This document shows, one piece after another, positions 13,122-25,307 of a DNA stretch of 64,000 nt; position 1 is the first letter of the stretch; each line of letters begins with the position of its first letter. The stretch spans positions 36,520,001 through 36,584,000 of the forward strand of contig CM052816.1 in the NCBI GenBank assembly GCA_028534125.1. The letters run 5' to 3'. The notes beneath the pieces are model-generated. The model was not told where the DNA came from and searched no databases. It saw only the letters and a list, made by a program, of their open reading frames with translations. The translations under genes were made by a program, and so were the position numbers. The stretch comes from Lama glama (Eukaryota).

Positions 13122-15876
13122 ATCAAAAGTTCAGGACCAGATGGCTTCACTGGGGTATTTTACCAACATACAAATAACTTATAATGATCCTTCTCAAACT
13201 CTTCCAAAAGATTGAAGAGGAAGGAATACTCCCAAACTCACTCTATGAAGCCACCATCACCTTGACAACAAAACCAGAAAAAGACACTACCAAAAATGAA
13301 AATTACAGGTCAATAATTTTGATGAATATACATGCAAAATCTCTGACCAAAATATTAGCAAAGAGAATGCTACAACATATGAAAGAGTTCATACATTATG
13401 GCCAAGTTGGATTCTTCTCAGGAACACAAGGATGGTTTAACATATGCAAATCAATCAATGTGCTACAACACATCAATAAAAGTAAGGACAGAAATCACAT
13501 GATAATCTCAACAGATGCAAAAAAAGCATTTGATAAAATTCAACGCCAATTTATGATAAAAACTCTCGGCAAAGTGGGTATAGAGGGAGCATTTTGCAAC
13601 ATAATAAAAGCTATTTATGACAAATGCACAGCCAGCATAATACTCCACAGGGAAAAGCTGAAAGCCTTCCCACTAAAATCTGAAACAAGACAAGGATTCC
13701 CACTCTCACTTCTTCTATTCAACCTAGTATTGGAAGTCCTAGCCATAGCAATAAGACAGAAAAAAAAAGAAAGAAAGAAAGAAAGAAAAAAAGAAAAGGG
13801 ATTCAAATTGCAAGAGAAGTGGTAAAATTGCAACTATATGTAGATGACATGATACTATATATAGAAAACCTTAAAAGCTCCACCCAAAAACTTCTAGAAC
13901 TGATAAAAGAATTTGGCAAGGTAGTAGGGTACAAGTTTAACCTTCGGAAATCAGTTGCATTTCTTTACACTAACAATGAAATAGCAGAAAAGTAAAGAAA
14001 CAATCCTTTTTAAAACTGCATCAAATAAAATAATAAAATACTTACAGGTAGACTTGACCGAGGAAGTGAGAGACTTATATGCAGAGCACTACACTGATTA
14101 AGGAAATTAAAGATGACTTAAAGAAATGGAAAGATAACCCATGTTCTTGGGTTGGAAGAATTAATATTGTTAAAATGGCCATACTACCCAAACCAATCTG
14201 CAATCCCTATCAAATTACCAAAGGTATTTTTCATAGAACTAGAACAAAGAATCCTAAAATTTATATAGAATCATAAAAGACTCAGAATTGCCAAAGCAAT
14301 ACTAAAGAAAAAGAATGAAGCTGGAGGAATAACTCTCCCAGACTTCAGACAGTACTACAGAGCTACAGTAATCAAACCAGCATGGTATCGACACAAAAAC
14401 AGATATATGGATCAATGGAATGGAATGGAATAGAGAGCCCAGAAATAAACCCACAAGACTTACTGTCAATTAATCTTTGACAAAGGAGGCAAGGTATAGA
14501 GTGGAGAAAAGACTGCCTCTTCAGCAAGTTGTGTTGGGAAATTTGGACAGCTGCATGAAAATCAATGAGGTTAGAACACACCTATACATCATACAAAAAT
14601 TAAACTCAAAATGGCTTAAAGACCTAAACATAGGAGAAAACACTATAAACCTCCTAGAAGAAAACATAGGCAAAACATCCTCTGACATAAATCTTAGCAA
14701 TGTTGTCCTACGGTAGTCCATCCAGGGAATAGAAACAGAAGCAAAAATAAACAAGTGGGACCTAATTAAAGTTAGAAACTTTTGCACAGCACAGGAAACC
14801 ATAAGCAAAACAAAAAGACAATCTTCAAAATGGGAGAAAATATTTGCAAATGATGCGACTGACAAAGGCTTAATTTCCAGAATATATAAACAGCTCATAC
14901 AATTTAATAACAACAACAACAACAAAAAGCCCAATCAAAAAATGGGCAGAAGACCTAAGCAAACAAATGGCCAACAGGCAAATGAAAACATGCTCAATAT
15001 CACTAATTATCAGAGAAATTAAAACCACAGTGGGGTATCTCCTCACATCAGTCAGAACTGCCATCATTAAAAAGTCCACAAATGATAAGTGTTGGAGAGG
15101 GTGTAGAGAAAAGGGAACCCTCCTACACTGTTGGTGGAAACATAGTTTGGTGTGGCCATTACGGAAACTGTATAGAAATTCCTTAAAAAACTAAAAAAAG
15201 ACTTGTCATATGATTCAGCAATCCCACTCCTGAGATATATCCAGAGGAAACTCTAATTTTAAAAGATATGTGTACCCCAATATTCATAGCAGCACTATTT
15301 ACAATAGCCAAGATATGGAAACAACCTAAATTTCCCTTGATATATGATTGGATAAAGAAGTTGTGGTATACATACATATATACATATATACTAATATACA
15401 CATATACATATATATAATGGGATACTACTCGACCACACAAAATAATAAAATAATGCCATTTGCAGCAAGATAAGTGGACCTGGACATCATCCTACTAAGT
15501 GAAGTAAGCCAGAAAAAGAAAGAAAAATACCAAATGATGTCACTTAGTTGTGGAATCTAAAAAATTATACAAAAAAACTTATTTACAAAAGAGAAACAGA
15601 TTCACAGAAATAGAAAACAAACCTATGGTTACCAGAGGAAAAAGGGGGGGTGGGAAGTGACAAATTGGGGGTTGGAGATTTGCAGACACTAGCCAACATA
15701 TATAAAATAGGTAAACAATTTTCTACTGTAATAGCACAGTGAACTATATTCAATATCTTGTAGTAGCTTATAAAGAAAAGAATATATATATGTACAGGTA
15801 TGACTGAAACATTATTCTGTACATCTGAAATTGAAAGAACATTTTAAACTGACTATACTTCAATTAAACAAAAAAG
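13122..15876 (+). mobile_element. 5'-truncated lineage-specific LINE-1 (3' part of ORF2, 3' UTR and poly-A), about 2.75 kb
   Basis: Continuous ORF2 similarity from aaaagttcaggaccagatggcttcact through the RT and C-terminal segments ([16 protein letters not shown]), G-rich 3' UTR tract, ends gactatacttcaattaaacaaaaaa; many frameshifts. Confidence 0.97.
13184..13851 (+). pseudogene. Dead L1 ORF2p reverse-transcriptase domain fragment
   Basis: 213-aa ORF with L1 RT motifs ([53 protein letters not shown]); the catalytic motif YVDDM (13837-13851) is out of frame, downstream of an expanded (GAAA)n tract at 13760-13797. Confidence 0.92.
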
Positions 15877-16289
15877 ACTAGGAATTTCATGTATAGTCAA
15901 TTGGAAATTTCACACCTGACTTTAAAATGCCATTAATAACACTATGTACTCTTGCCCACAGTCCCTCTAACAAGAATTTGCTTTGTTGAGATTCATTTCT
16001 CTAGGTAATATACATTGAAATAGTACTGCTTTTTCATTTTTATTACTTATTTTTTTCTACTGAACTTAGAAAAATTTTCTATTTCCACCCTAACAAAAAA
16101 ATCTAACACATAATATGTACTCAAAGAACACCCAATGACTACATAAAAGAAATAATGAATAAATGAGGATCTAATCAATTAGCACATCTATACGAACCTT
16201 CTAGAAGATAAAAAGGGAAACTACCCAGATTCTCTTTTATGTCTCAGACAAAAAAGATGTGAAGGAAAAATAACAGAGATCATAAATCT

Positions 16290-18400
16290 GGATCATTTTG
16301 TCTAGATTCTGTTGATTTCTTTTAAAGAATGATGCTTTTTGCTGTTACGGGCAGTTAAATTATCATTCCTGTTGAATTTTGTTTTTAAAATTTACTAGGG
16401 CATTTCTAAAGTAGCCTTACCCTAGTAAAAGAGTAATCTTATTTCTAAGGAAAGGACTTTCTTTTATCTCAGTTGAGTGCCCAGGGTGATCAGTGAAGTC
16501 TCCCCATTCTGGTTGGATAACCTCCAAGGTATCCAGACATTTGTTACCTCAAGAATGCCATTCAGGACACAGTCTCTCAGTAGTTGTTCTCAGAAAGGTC
16601 TCAAGGAGTAGCATCCTGCATGTACATGTGCAGATGAATCTTCAGCCAAGGCTCAAAGGATTCCTTTGCAGATTTCTGGTGCTCTTTTTCTGTATATCTC
16701 CTTTATGTCTCATATCCTGCTTTTCAAATCTCAGCTGTCTCAGGAGTCCCATAATGCAATTACTTATTTCTTCTTCCCAGGGAGATTGTTTTTCTCTTTT
16801 CGAGCTCCCCTTCTTTTGTCATGGTTCAGAAAGTTCCCCCAGGTAGAAATCTTGGTGAACGCAATGTTTTCCTAATGTATTTATGTTCTCTTACAGATAA
16901 CAGCCTTGTTCAGTGTGTTGTTCAGGATCTGAAAACAGTTGCTTCATATAGTTTTTCCAGCTTTATTATTATTTGGGGGGGGTATGTCTGATATCTGGTA
17001 TTCTACATTTGAAGGATATTTCTTTTGTGAGTATAGGATTGTACATTGGAAATGTTTCCAGCATGTAAATATGTCATTAAATTGCCATCTGCCTTTGATT
17101 ATTTTTGTTGAAAAGTCAGCCATCAATCTCACCACTCCTTTGAAGGTAATACATCTTTTGTTTCTTTGGCTACTGTCGAAATTTTCTCTTCATCTTTGAT
17201 TTTCAACAGTTCGCTCTGAAGTGACTGAATATGGTTCTCTTTTTATTTTTCATGCATGCAATTAAATAAAATATTTGCATCTGCATGGGATTCACAAAGA
17301 AATTTTCATTATTTTAAAAAATTATTTGCTGTTAGCTGTTCAAATATTGATTTGGTCTCATTTTCTCTCTCTTCTCTCTTTGAGATTCAAATATCACATA
17401 GGTTAGAATTTTTGATGGTGTTTCACATCTCCTGTGTTTTACTTTATTTTATATTATTTCTTCTCATTCTTGCTTCTCTCAGTGTTTCAGTTTATATATA
17501 TTCTATCATCCTATTTCTAGTCTTCTAATTCTATGTCCTATGTATCCAATCTCATTTAATAAAATTTTATTTTCAGGGGTTTTTTTAGGGTATGTGTTTT
17601 TTATAATTTCTAATTCTCTGTTAAATTTTTTACCTTTTAATCTAATACCCATTTTGTTCTTTCAGGTTTTCATCATGACTCACATATTAGTCATAGTTTA
17701 AGTCCCTATCTGATAATTTCAATATCTGAATCAACAGTGGTTCCTCAACTGCTGCCCTTGTTTTATACTAATTTTCAGTCATTTCAGTCTCTTTTTAGTA
17801 TTCCTCATAAGATCTGAATGTATGCTGCACATTGTTGAAATGTGCTTATGAAAGTGCTGAATGATGTTTTCTTCTTCAAAAAGGGTGAAATCTCCTTCTA
17901 TAGGCCTCTAGTATTCTGGTGATTAACTCTATCTTGTTAAGGCTTGATTTAAGGCTTTCTTAGGGCTGGTCTATTCAGTTTGTCCTTCTTGTAGAGTGTA
18001 GTCCTTATTCACAGGCATTATCCTTTTTTTTTTTTTTTTGGTTTTAACCAGTGGTGGCTTATACACTTTGGCGAAATTTTAATTCCAAAATCTACCTCTC
18101 AATACTCCACTCAAATTTTTGCTCATTTATTTAGCCTTCTGGTTGCTGTTCTCAGCTATGTTTCTTTGAGATTAACCCAGCACTTCTACAACAAAGGAGT
18201 AACCCAGGTAGAGGAAAGTTTGTTTACAGGTTTTTAGATTCCTTTCTGCATCTTTCATCATTCTGGGATTTTTCCTCTGTTCCTAAGGCTTTGGCAGCCC
18301 TGAACACAACCTTTGTCTTCTTTGATTAGGGAGTCTGAAGCTTTGTGCTTGGCTCTAATCCACTACACCTCAAATGGAGAACAACTTCAGGGGAAAGAAT
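16290..18400 (-). mobile_element. Ancient L1M 5' UTR/ORF1 fragments, antisense (probably two pieces)
   Basis: Antisense ORF1 motifs at 17000-17750 (ttgaaggatatttc, gttgaaaagtcagccatcaatct, agtccctatctgataatttcaatatctgaatc) flanked by 5' UTR-like segments. Confidence 0.6.
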
Positions 18401-19819
18401 CTGTCCTTTATTTGTAAACTGGTATTAATAATACCAGACGTTGTTGTTGAAATGCTTTGATTATACACACACACATACACACATACACTTAAGGTCCAGC
18501 ACAATGACATTTAGTATAGTTTCAAGAATGCATATAGATGAGCAAAATTTGTTTGCCACTGAAATTACGGCCCATGATTAAAAACGTGCATTAAAGAAAC
18601 TGCATCAAATAAAAATTCCACTTAAAACAGAGATAACTGAACACTTATCCTTTAGCAAACTAACACTCAAACTAGTAAATATGATACTTTATACACTCAG
18701 AATGTCACAAATTCTGAAATAGTAGAAATGATTACATAGCAGCATACCCTGAACTGGTATATGGAGTATCTGATTTATCCTCTCACTTTTGTTTATAATG
18801 TCTTTTTAAACTGTATTGGTAACTAATGCTAAATATCAAACAATTGAGTTAAAATTTTTTATACACAATTTTCTCTCAGATAATCCCTTTTATTTACTTT
18901 CTATCATTTCAACACACTGGCCTTTTCCAACCATCATTTCCTGAAATGGTATCTTTATATGGAAAGTGAAGGAAACATATATATTAAGATTCCAATATCT
19001 AATCCTTGTTTAGGAAGTCATATTACTAGTTTTTATTGTAATTTTCTTTTAGATGTTTGGTAGATTTAGTATTGCATTGTAGGAAGGAGGAGTTGCAGGG
19101 ACAAACTGGAAACACAAACCTATACATTTAAGAAAATATAAAGAAGTTTTTTTTCCCTTTAAACAAAACTTATAAATAAATAAATCCTTAATGTTTATAA
19201 AATTTTCAAGGCAATTTTGGGTAACTTGTTTGCACTGAATTTACTGTTCTAGCTAAAATAATCTCCAGTGAATATCGCTTAGATGTATACACTCTCTTTT
19301 GCCAAGTTCTTAAGAAAGTAATCATTTCCAGGATTTTTGAAGTGTGCTCTCTTGAATTTGCTCTGGTTTTGCTTAGTTATATGTACAAATCAAATACTCT
19401 CAGAATATATGCTAGGTACAACTGTCAGTGATTCAAAATAAAAGGCCTCCAACATTCCAATTTTAAAATATTTGTCGGAAAAGTAATTAATCATTTACAC
19501 AAGGAAGTGTATGAAAACTGTTTATTACTGAATTTTTCATTCAAATGAAATATTTGAAATCAACTACAGCAAAAATTGGTAGTAGGTTAAAATGTTACAT
19601 CATACCCTCACGTTCTTACTCATGAAAAAAAATGCTCATTTGACACTCACATTTTGGTGGTTTTGAAAGAACACTGCAGGAGAAATATAAAAATAAATTT
19701 TAGGGAATTAGTGTAAAGTTCAACCATGTGAAACTGTGATAAAAATGCTTGAATATTGGTAATTTCATATACTTCATTCTAATCCATGAAGAAAGATCAA
19801 TTAAGATGTAATTTTAATG

Positions 19820-20560
19820 TTCCAGAGGGAAAACATGGCAGCTTGTACTAGTTGGTGGCAATGGGTACATGAACAAGTAGAGTAAAGAGGCATTTTAAAA
19901 GAAGCAAAAGGATTTGGTAGCAATGTGAGTTGTGAGGAAGGGGACAGTGGGGTCAAGGATGACTTTCTTATGACCTGAACACAAGAACAGATTATGTGTC
20001 ATTTGTCAGATTTGGAGCACTAAAAGATGAACAGTTTTGTTTTGGTAGGTGGGGCAGCAATGATGCATTCAGTAGCATTTTGGTCATGTTCATACAGTGT
20101 TTGAGGTGCCACTAAGATATCCTAGTGGAGAAATCTGGATGGCAGCTGGATAAGCATATGCAACAATCATGGACATGTTTTCTCCAAGACACAGAAGTTG
20201 TGTTGAAACATGGAAATGTATGAGATCATTTAAGAAATTATATAGAGAGAGATAAGAAATCCTAGAACAATTCTGAGAATTACCAAGATTTAAGGAGGTA
20301 GAAGAAATCAAACACTGGCCAAAGACTGAGTATCCAATGTTGAAGAAAATCAAGAGAGTGTTGTAGTATAGGGAAGATTAGAGATTGTTTTCAATGAGCT
20401 ACTAATAGTGTCAAATAATACAGCGATCCAAAAAAAGACAGTGGTTGCAAAGCATCCTTTGGATTTTGTCTCAAGAAAGTAATTGTTGACCCTAATACAA
20501 GCAATGAGAGTAGCTGAAGCACTTCCTTTACTGGAGTGGGCTGAAGTAGGTAATGAAGTA
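19820..20560 (-). mobile_element. L2 fragment, antisense
   Basis: ggggtcaaggatgactttc, ttttggtcatgtt...gtttgaggtgccactaagatatcctagtggagaaatctggatggcagctggata are antisense L2 motifs. Confidence 0.8.
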
Positions 20561-21762
20561 CTATAGAATCATTGAAGATGATACGATCTATATTTATTTA
20601 CATGGAAATGTTTTCATAATGTATTAATAAATTTTTAAACATCAAGTTCCAAAGCAATATTAAAATGCAATCTTTTTTATAAGAATATATGTGTAAATAT
20701 ACATATAAAATTATGAAATGACTGAAAAATTTAGCATAAACTAAACAACACACAGTGGTTAGAACTTTATATTATTACCTCAGAGGCTTTCCATAAGAAA
20801 TAAATGGGATGAAAAAACTAAAATTTAAGTAAGTCTATGATCACACATAAATAAATCATCAGGGCTTCAATTCTATTCAGGAATTATTGCCTGTTTCTCA
20901 CAAAAAAACACATCATTTTGGCTGAAGTTATTTCCAGGGTTGGATATGTTGATAATATTTTGTTATGTCTCTGCATCAAAAAAAAAAGAGAAAACTTTTA
21001 AACGATGTCATATAACCACAGAAAAATCTTTGTAATGCAACGTTTCTTACAACATAAAAATTCAGAGTTCTAGAACGATGGGTCAGCTTTCAAATAAGAC
21101 TGAGAGTTGGAGAAAAGGTACGTGAAGAAAAGTATGGCCATATTTCAATAACAATGATTTCAGAATGTCCAATGTTCAAGTAAGTGCTGAGTTTTTTTTA
21201 AAAAATCTTAAAGCTTAATGAAAATATCAATATTTCTAAAATTTTAAAACCTGAAATGATTATGTTTAGTAGGACTATGCTTTGCTACATAATGGAGGAA
21301 TTCAACCATGTTAAAACTTGTTGGTATTGATGTAAGGTCACAATTATTATACACTTCTCTTTATAGCTGTGACGTCAGTTGTGAAAACTGATCATGGTAT
21401 CCTTACGGAAACTCCTGTAGCTTGATTTTGCTGGTTCTGCTCAAATAAAAGTTAGGTCAGCAAATGCAAAATGAAGTGAACATGTCAGGTCAAAGAAACA
21501 CTCACATGAACTACATAATACACTTCATTTCTTTCAGTTAGAAAAATTATTGCTTCAGTTCCTTACTGTTTCTAAGCATACTGTATTTAATTAGAAATTG
21601 AAGTACTACTGTAAATGTAACACTTTTCTATCAATAAATAATGCAGGTCAACTTATCAATTTAGAAAGCCAAATATGATCAAAATTTAAATATTGCATGC
21701 TGATTTTATTTTATACTTAAAATTATTTTCTTATGTTTATATGAATATACTTTAAAATTCCA

Positions 21763-21815
21763 GATATATATATATATATATGTCATATATACACAGACAC
21801 ACACACACATATATA
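21763..21815. repeat. (TA)n/(CA)n compound microsatellite
   Basis: Directly visible. Confidence 0.85.
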
Positions 21816-22989
21816 TTGCTATGCTCAGACATAAAAATACTTGACAAAAATGTCAATAGTGAGGTTTTTATTCATAACAATAAATGCAGAAAATCCAAGG
21901 CTTTAGTAAATAGCATTTCTAAGATGTTTCAAGTATTTTTTATCCTGCTCCAGGATCTAAAATGGAGAGTAAGCCAGCCACTTCCATCATTTTGGTTTAA
22001 TAGGACCAATTCCTCAATAGCTTTTTATCTGAAAATAATTTTTCACAAGTAACAGCATTGTCCCAATGGTCTCTGTTACTGTAATTGACAAAGAATATGT
22101 AAGAAGCTGGCTAATACACCACGACAGTATAAGAAGCGGTGCTTCAGTATTACTATTTTTGAAGTGGTGGCAGGTGTGAATCAAATTAGCATACAAAGGA
22201 AGAAAAATCTCTTTGTTAGCTACTACTCCCACTTCCTTTCAAGTAGTTATATTAAGAGCTCACTTGGCATCTTGCAGTTTTGCCTCCCTCATTTGGATCA
22301 GAATTAACCAGTACCAGGTAAGAAAATGTTATGAATGTTGTCATTCCACATATTTGATATGAATGGGGAATGGTATTAATTATTATTTTAGCTTCCAGCA
22401 TTTATTATCTTTGAATCTCAAAAATACTTTCACAGGAAAATGCAAACTGAAATATAAGGCTACAGAAGACTAGCTCTTATTTACCAAGTTTATTTTCATT
22501 TCACATTATGATAACTGCAAAGTGAATAATATCACATAACTAAAATGGAATTATAAGAATGATACTGGTATTTGCTTTTGTTTGGACATTTCTTTTTTGA
22601 TTTTATTCAATGAATCTTTCTATGTAAAGAGCCAATACTTATTAAGAACCTAGATGATGCTACAGCTTTACATAAATTATGCCCATTCCCACAGATTTGC
22701 AAAAAGAAACTTCATTTATGCCTACATTTTTATTCAGCTATCTTTTCCGCTAATATGTTCATGATGCTATTAAATGTGTTGCAGATTTTGAATCAAGGTC
22801 TTATTCTGAAGTCATGAGACATGCCAAATTTCTGATATTGATGCAAACACTAAAATAAATACATTTCTCAATAATATAAAAATTATCATGGTGTTTTCAC
22901 TTATAATCCTTAATCTGAGTAACTCTGATATTGCATACGTATTTCCTTTATGGTACTTACAATCTGAAATTTTTGATAATACATTACTG

Positions 22990-23115
22990 TTCTCTATTTC
23001 TTGTCTCTCTCACCTTGAGGGCAGGTGCCCATGGTTTGTCTTTTTCATCATTGTTTTCTTATTATCCAGAGCATTTATTGGCATCAGGTAGGTGCACAAT
23101 AAATGTTTACTGAAT
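22990..23115 (+). mobile_element. L2 3' end
   Basis: ccttgagggcagg...ttggcatcaggtaggtgcacaataaatgtttactgaat. Confidence 0.7.
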
Positions 23116-24009
23116 TTTAAAAGGTATTTAAAATGGATTCGAGTTTCAAATTTATTTCATTCTTTTAGTTTTATAAATCTTATATTGTTTTAAATGTGAA
23201 AAATTAAAATAAAATGTTTTAAGTACCCACATAATCACAATAAAATATAATATACAGCAATAAAAGATATTCTAGAGATGTGAATATTAGAAAAATATTA
23301 AAAACAATCTCCCATTTTATTTTTGAAATATAGTACCACTAAAAATTCATTGTCACTTACAAGACTTTTGAAATTCTTATATCAAATACAAAGTTAGGCC
23401 TCTAAAAGATCCAAATTTTTAAAGTTTATAATCTAAAATATAATTTATTTTAAAGAATTTAGTTGGGGCAAAGGTATTCTCGTATTTTACTTGAAACATA
23501 TTTTTACACTGAATTTCAACCTCCCAAAATAAAATGAATATTAACCACTTTATATTTGATTCTTAAGTGATATCTTCCTTCTCCAGGCCCTATCATTCTA
23601 TCATCTTCTCCATGACTTCAGTTTGCATTCTGAAGAATTTCCTTGTCTGCTTTCTACAGTGCTGATTAAAGCTTTAACGATGTTAAAAATTTTTCTTCAT
23701 TGACTTTGTTAAGTGATATTTTATTGCAGGTTTACTTAATATTTGCCAATTTGGTTTCCTTGAATTTCTGACTTATCTCCTCCAATTTTACCCACACAGC
23801 TAATTTCTCCTGTAGCCTCTTACATCTTTCTAGGGATAACAAGAAGTCATTTTGAAAAAAGTGGTTCTATTCTTGTAGAAATTAATTTGTAGTGATAGGT
23901 ACTCCCTCTGAGACTCCATGGTAATATACTCTTTCAGTTTAGATTTCAAGAGCACACACTATTTCATTGTTTGTTTATTTTATTCATCCTCAATTAGGAA
24001 GAGAGCTAT

Positions 24010-24565
24010 CCACGTCAGTGTTTGTTATGAAACAGAGTTTAACAGGATGCTTGATAGTGACTAAACAAAACCCAGTTCAAATGGGCTTAAGTGAAAAAGA
24101 TAATTTATTGACACATCTGTCTAAAACTTCTAGTGGCTGATCAGGTATGGATAGATCTGAGGATTTAAATGAAATTATCAGGAGTCACTCTATTACTTAT
24201 CCCTGTTCTACTTATCTTGGCCTCATGTATGTAGGCTCTTCACATGTTTTGGCAAGATGGCCTTCACATGGTTTATTCTCAGAAATCTTTGCTCAAAGAA
24301 CTTAATTTGTCCAACTTACAGTTTGAAAAGTGTTTATGATTGACTCGGATTTTCTTCTTCTCAGGCTAATCGTGGAACAGGACTTTGGCCAGAGGTTTCT
24401 GAATATGTGGGTTCAGCCTAGTTTTCATGCTCATCTCTAATAATACAGAAAGGAATTGGTCTTATCAAATGCCTGAAATGAGAGTTAGAGGAGAGTCTCC
24501 AAATAAAACAAGATAAAAGTGATATGGTTGCTGGATAAAAGGATGACAACTGTCTACTACACACA
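24010..24565 (-). mobile_element. Old MaLR/ERVL LTR (MLT1K-N or LTR33-like)
   Basis: aaacccagttcaaatgggcttaagtgaaaaagataatttattgacacat...tcaggtatggatagatctgaggatttaaatgaaattatcagg. Confidence 0.55.
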
Positions 24566-25261
24566 GGTCAGACATTTTTTTCAATCCTGCTCACTATCTA
24601 GCAAACCCAAGGTTCTTGAATTCAAGAATAATAATGGCCTGGATTTTGGTCCATTATTTTTGATTAAAGTAAAGTTGAAAATTTTAGAATGTACAATGGA
24701 TGTTTTTATAATTTGGTTCTAATTCAAACATTGCAACTACATATTTATATAAACTCGAGTAGGTCATTTGACATTTCAGGACCTCTATTTCCTTAGGTAT
24801 GAATTTAGGTATTTATATTATATTTTCTCTAAAATTCTAAACTTAAGATTAAATAATTAGCTTGTAAGATGCTTCTGTGTATGCCATCAGCTCTTTCTCT
24901 CTCTATGACTGTCTAAAGCATAAAAGTAAGGTTCATGGTTCTTGTCCTTTCTGACATTTAGGTGTACAGCGAAAGTAAAATAAAATGAGTGGAAGGAAAG
25001 TACCATGAAATATGAGAACAAGGAAAGTTTTCATTTTCACCCTGCAAGAACTAAATTATGGATCATTTTCTTCAACTGATTCTTAGACAATCTCTCTTCA
25101 AAACAACCTGAAACAATGCAATTTTCTTTTTGATGTGGTATACATTAGTCCTGTAAGTCCCATTTGTGTACAATTTTATAAACTCTCTAACTGTTGCTTC
25201 TTTAGCCTCAACCCTTCAAATACTGACAGTATATGTAAGTGATCCAACCTACCTAATAGGA

Positions 25262-25306
<45 letters not shown>
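25262..25306. repeat. (AAT)n microsatellite, about 15 units
   Basis: Pure aat repeat directly visible. Confidence 0.95.

Positions 25307-25307
<1 letters not shown>

Noticed and set aside
13184..15194. Reverse-transcriptase ORFs as an active or novel retroelement system
   Set aside because: Ordinary LINE-1 ORF2 remnants: 5'-truncated, no endonuclease or ORF1, multiple frameshifts, catalytic motif out of frame
22278..22317. 40-nt plus-strand exon candidate (ttgcag / gtaaga)
   Set aside because: Translations match no protein I recognise; cannot be supported without transcript data
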